Source: Bacteroidales bacterium (GTDB lineage: Bacteria > Bacteroidota > Bacteroidia > Bacteroidales > JAADJA01). Taken from it: 64,000 nt of DNA. Shown here piece by piece: positions 62,805-64,000 of the stretch (positions within the stretch are counted from its first letter, which is position 1; each line of letters begins with the position of its first letter). The position numbers and the translations under genes were made by a program. The DNA lies in assembly GCA_020438135.1 (NCBI GenBank), contig JAGQVF010000083.1, positions 4,415 through 68,414 on the forward strand, given 5' to 3'. Below the pieces are notes generated by a model, which saw only the letters and a list, made by a program, of their open reading frames with translations, was not told where the DNA came from and searched no databases.

Positions 62805-64000
62805 CTAAATCAATCCTTTCACTGTGAGCGAATGTTTAATCCGTTCGTGCCGTTCATAAAAATTTGAATTCAGAAGCTGAATCATCTCATCAAATCCCGG
62901 ATCGTTCTGCAGGTTATCCATCAGCGGATCTATGTCCAGAAAAAGAATAGTCCAATAGTTATATTTGTTGATTTCAGCAAACAACTTCAATTGTTTCAGC
63001 GCTTCTTCACTATTTCCTGAATAGGCATAATAAACGGCCAGGCTGAGGTTTTGATAAATCGACCTGTCGTTTTGCGCATAATCGAAATATTTCCTGAAAA
63101 GGGTATCAGCTTCCCCGGTTAATCCCATTTGATGGTACACGAAGCCAATCTTTGCGTTTTCATGCGAATAAATATCCCAGTTTAATTCTTCTTTAAGTGA
63201 TAGGAACCGTTTATAATATTTGAAGGATGCCGGGTAATTTCGTTGATAAAAGAACACTTTTCCGATCTCCTGCAGTACATCAAGACGCATGGTATCTCGG
63301 GCAAGTGTTTTCAGAAGGAGGTTTTCAGTTTGTTTCAGGTTTCTGTTGCGGGCATAAATAATATATGCTTTTACATAATGAGAGTAGATATTATTTGTGT
63401 CAAAATCCAGTGACTTGTTGATATATCTTTCGGCTTCTGCTATAAAACCCAACTGAATAAAAGCATTGGCGAGGTGCAGGTAGGTAATGGAAGTGGTTGC
63501 CGAGTCCTGGGCTCCTATATCGAGCCGGATGCCTTTCAGGGCATATTCGAGATATTTTTCCGAATCGGGTAATTGATTGGTATAATACTCAGAAAGTAAA
63601 TTGATTACGAAGGTAGAGTTGGGATTGTATTCATGTGCTTTTTCAAGGTAAGGAAGGGCCTGTTCATACTGACCCGTATTTGTATGGTATAGTGCTTTGG
63701 CGATGAGGCTTTCTACGGCATGTGAATCGTTGAACATGGCTTTGTCGGCAAAATAACCAAGTGAGTCCGTAAATGTTTTTTCCTGTTTAAAAATATCCAT
63801 GTAAAAATAAGCAATGGCCAAGTCAGCATAAGCAATTGCAAAAGTTTCATCTTCTTCAACCGATTTCCGGAACCAAGTAATTGATTTCTTCAATCCATCT
63901 GTAGTTCCCTGATTTAAGAAATTGCGACCTTTGAGATAATGGTCGTAAGCCTGAAGATTTTCAGTTGGTGGTTTATTGATCCTGTTTTGCTCCTGGGGTG
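62805..64000 (-). CDS. TPR-repeat protein, C-terminal part (5' end beyond window)
   Basis: The ORF track starts it at the TTG at 63893. The frame nevertheless stays open upstream to the window edge (...PQEQNRINKPPTENLQAYDHYLKGRNFLNQGTTDGLKKSITWFRK...). TPR-like units run throughout (e.g. GQYEQALPYLEKAHEYNPN). Confidence 0.75.
   Translation of the reverse strand, partial: PQEQNRINKPPTENLQAYDHYLKGRNFLNQGTTDGLKKSITWFRKSVEEDETFAIAYADLAIAYFYMDIFKQEKTFTDSLGYFADKAMFNDSHAVESLIAKALYHTNTGQYEQALPYLEKAHEYNPNSTFVINLLSEYYTNQLPDSEKYLEYALKGIRLDIGAQDSATTSITYLHLANAFIQLGFIAEAERYINKSLDFDTNNIYSHYVKAYIIYARNRNLKQTENLLLKTLARDTMRLDVLQEIGKVFFYQRNYPASFKYYKRFLSLKEELNWDIYSHENAKIGFVYHQMGLTGEADTLFRKYFDYAQNDRSIYQNLSLAVYYAYSGNSEEALKQLKLFAEINKYNYWTILFLDIDPLMDNLQNDPGFDEMIQLLNSNFYERHERIKHSLTVKGLI

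Overview
The window reads as a chromosomal segment of a Bacteroidota bacterium. Three things support this: five secreted proteins carry T9SS C-terminal sorting domains, many genes are preceded by the Bacteroidetes -7 promoter box TAnnTTTG, and gene content is typical (rny, long-form nusB, FISUMP domain). I support about 47 protein-coding genes, two of them truncated by the window edges and one 56-codon ORF absent from the ORF track. Housekeeping genes include trmD, rny, zapA, gcvP, dnaX, nusB, miaA, lolD and aat, plus nucleotide-sugar genes. They are interleaved with large secreted or T9SS proteins of unknown function. I found no rRNA, tRNA, CRISPR array, transposase, integrase or recognisable defence system, so this is not an obvious mobile island. 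Six things are most worth a second look. (1) A 1,734-aa single ORF fuses a complete cation-chloride-cotransporter-type permease to a ~1,000-aa extension ending in a P-loop NTPase and winged-helix module; its stop overlaps (ATGA) the start of an MscS-like channel gene. (2) An eight-PAS protein has no enzymatic output domain, and its C-terminal coiled-coil motif LFIGREFRIKEL recurs at the C-terminus of a small convergent neighbour. (3) A ~210-nt region between zapA and rny has a collinear rod-like fold, a 15-bp closing stem and a T8 tail, and is a candidate 6S-like RNA. (4) A C-poor intergenic region holds a 78-bp tandem duplication built from 9-bp-spaced GGTTGAA heptamers. (5) One protein combines a secreted beta-propeller, a degenerate VWA-like domain and an outer-membrane barrel, inside a cluster of three secreted-protein genes. 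(6) A secreted protein contains 15 tandem ~58-aa repeats. All functional calls come from reading the translations by eye; no database search was possible.
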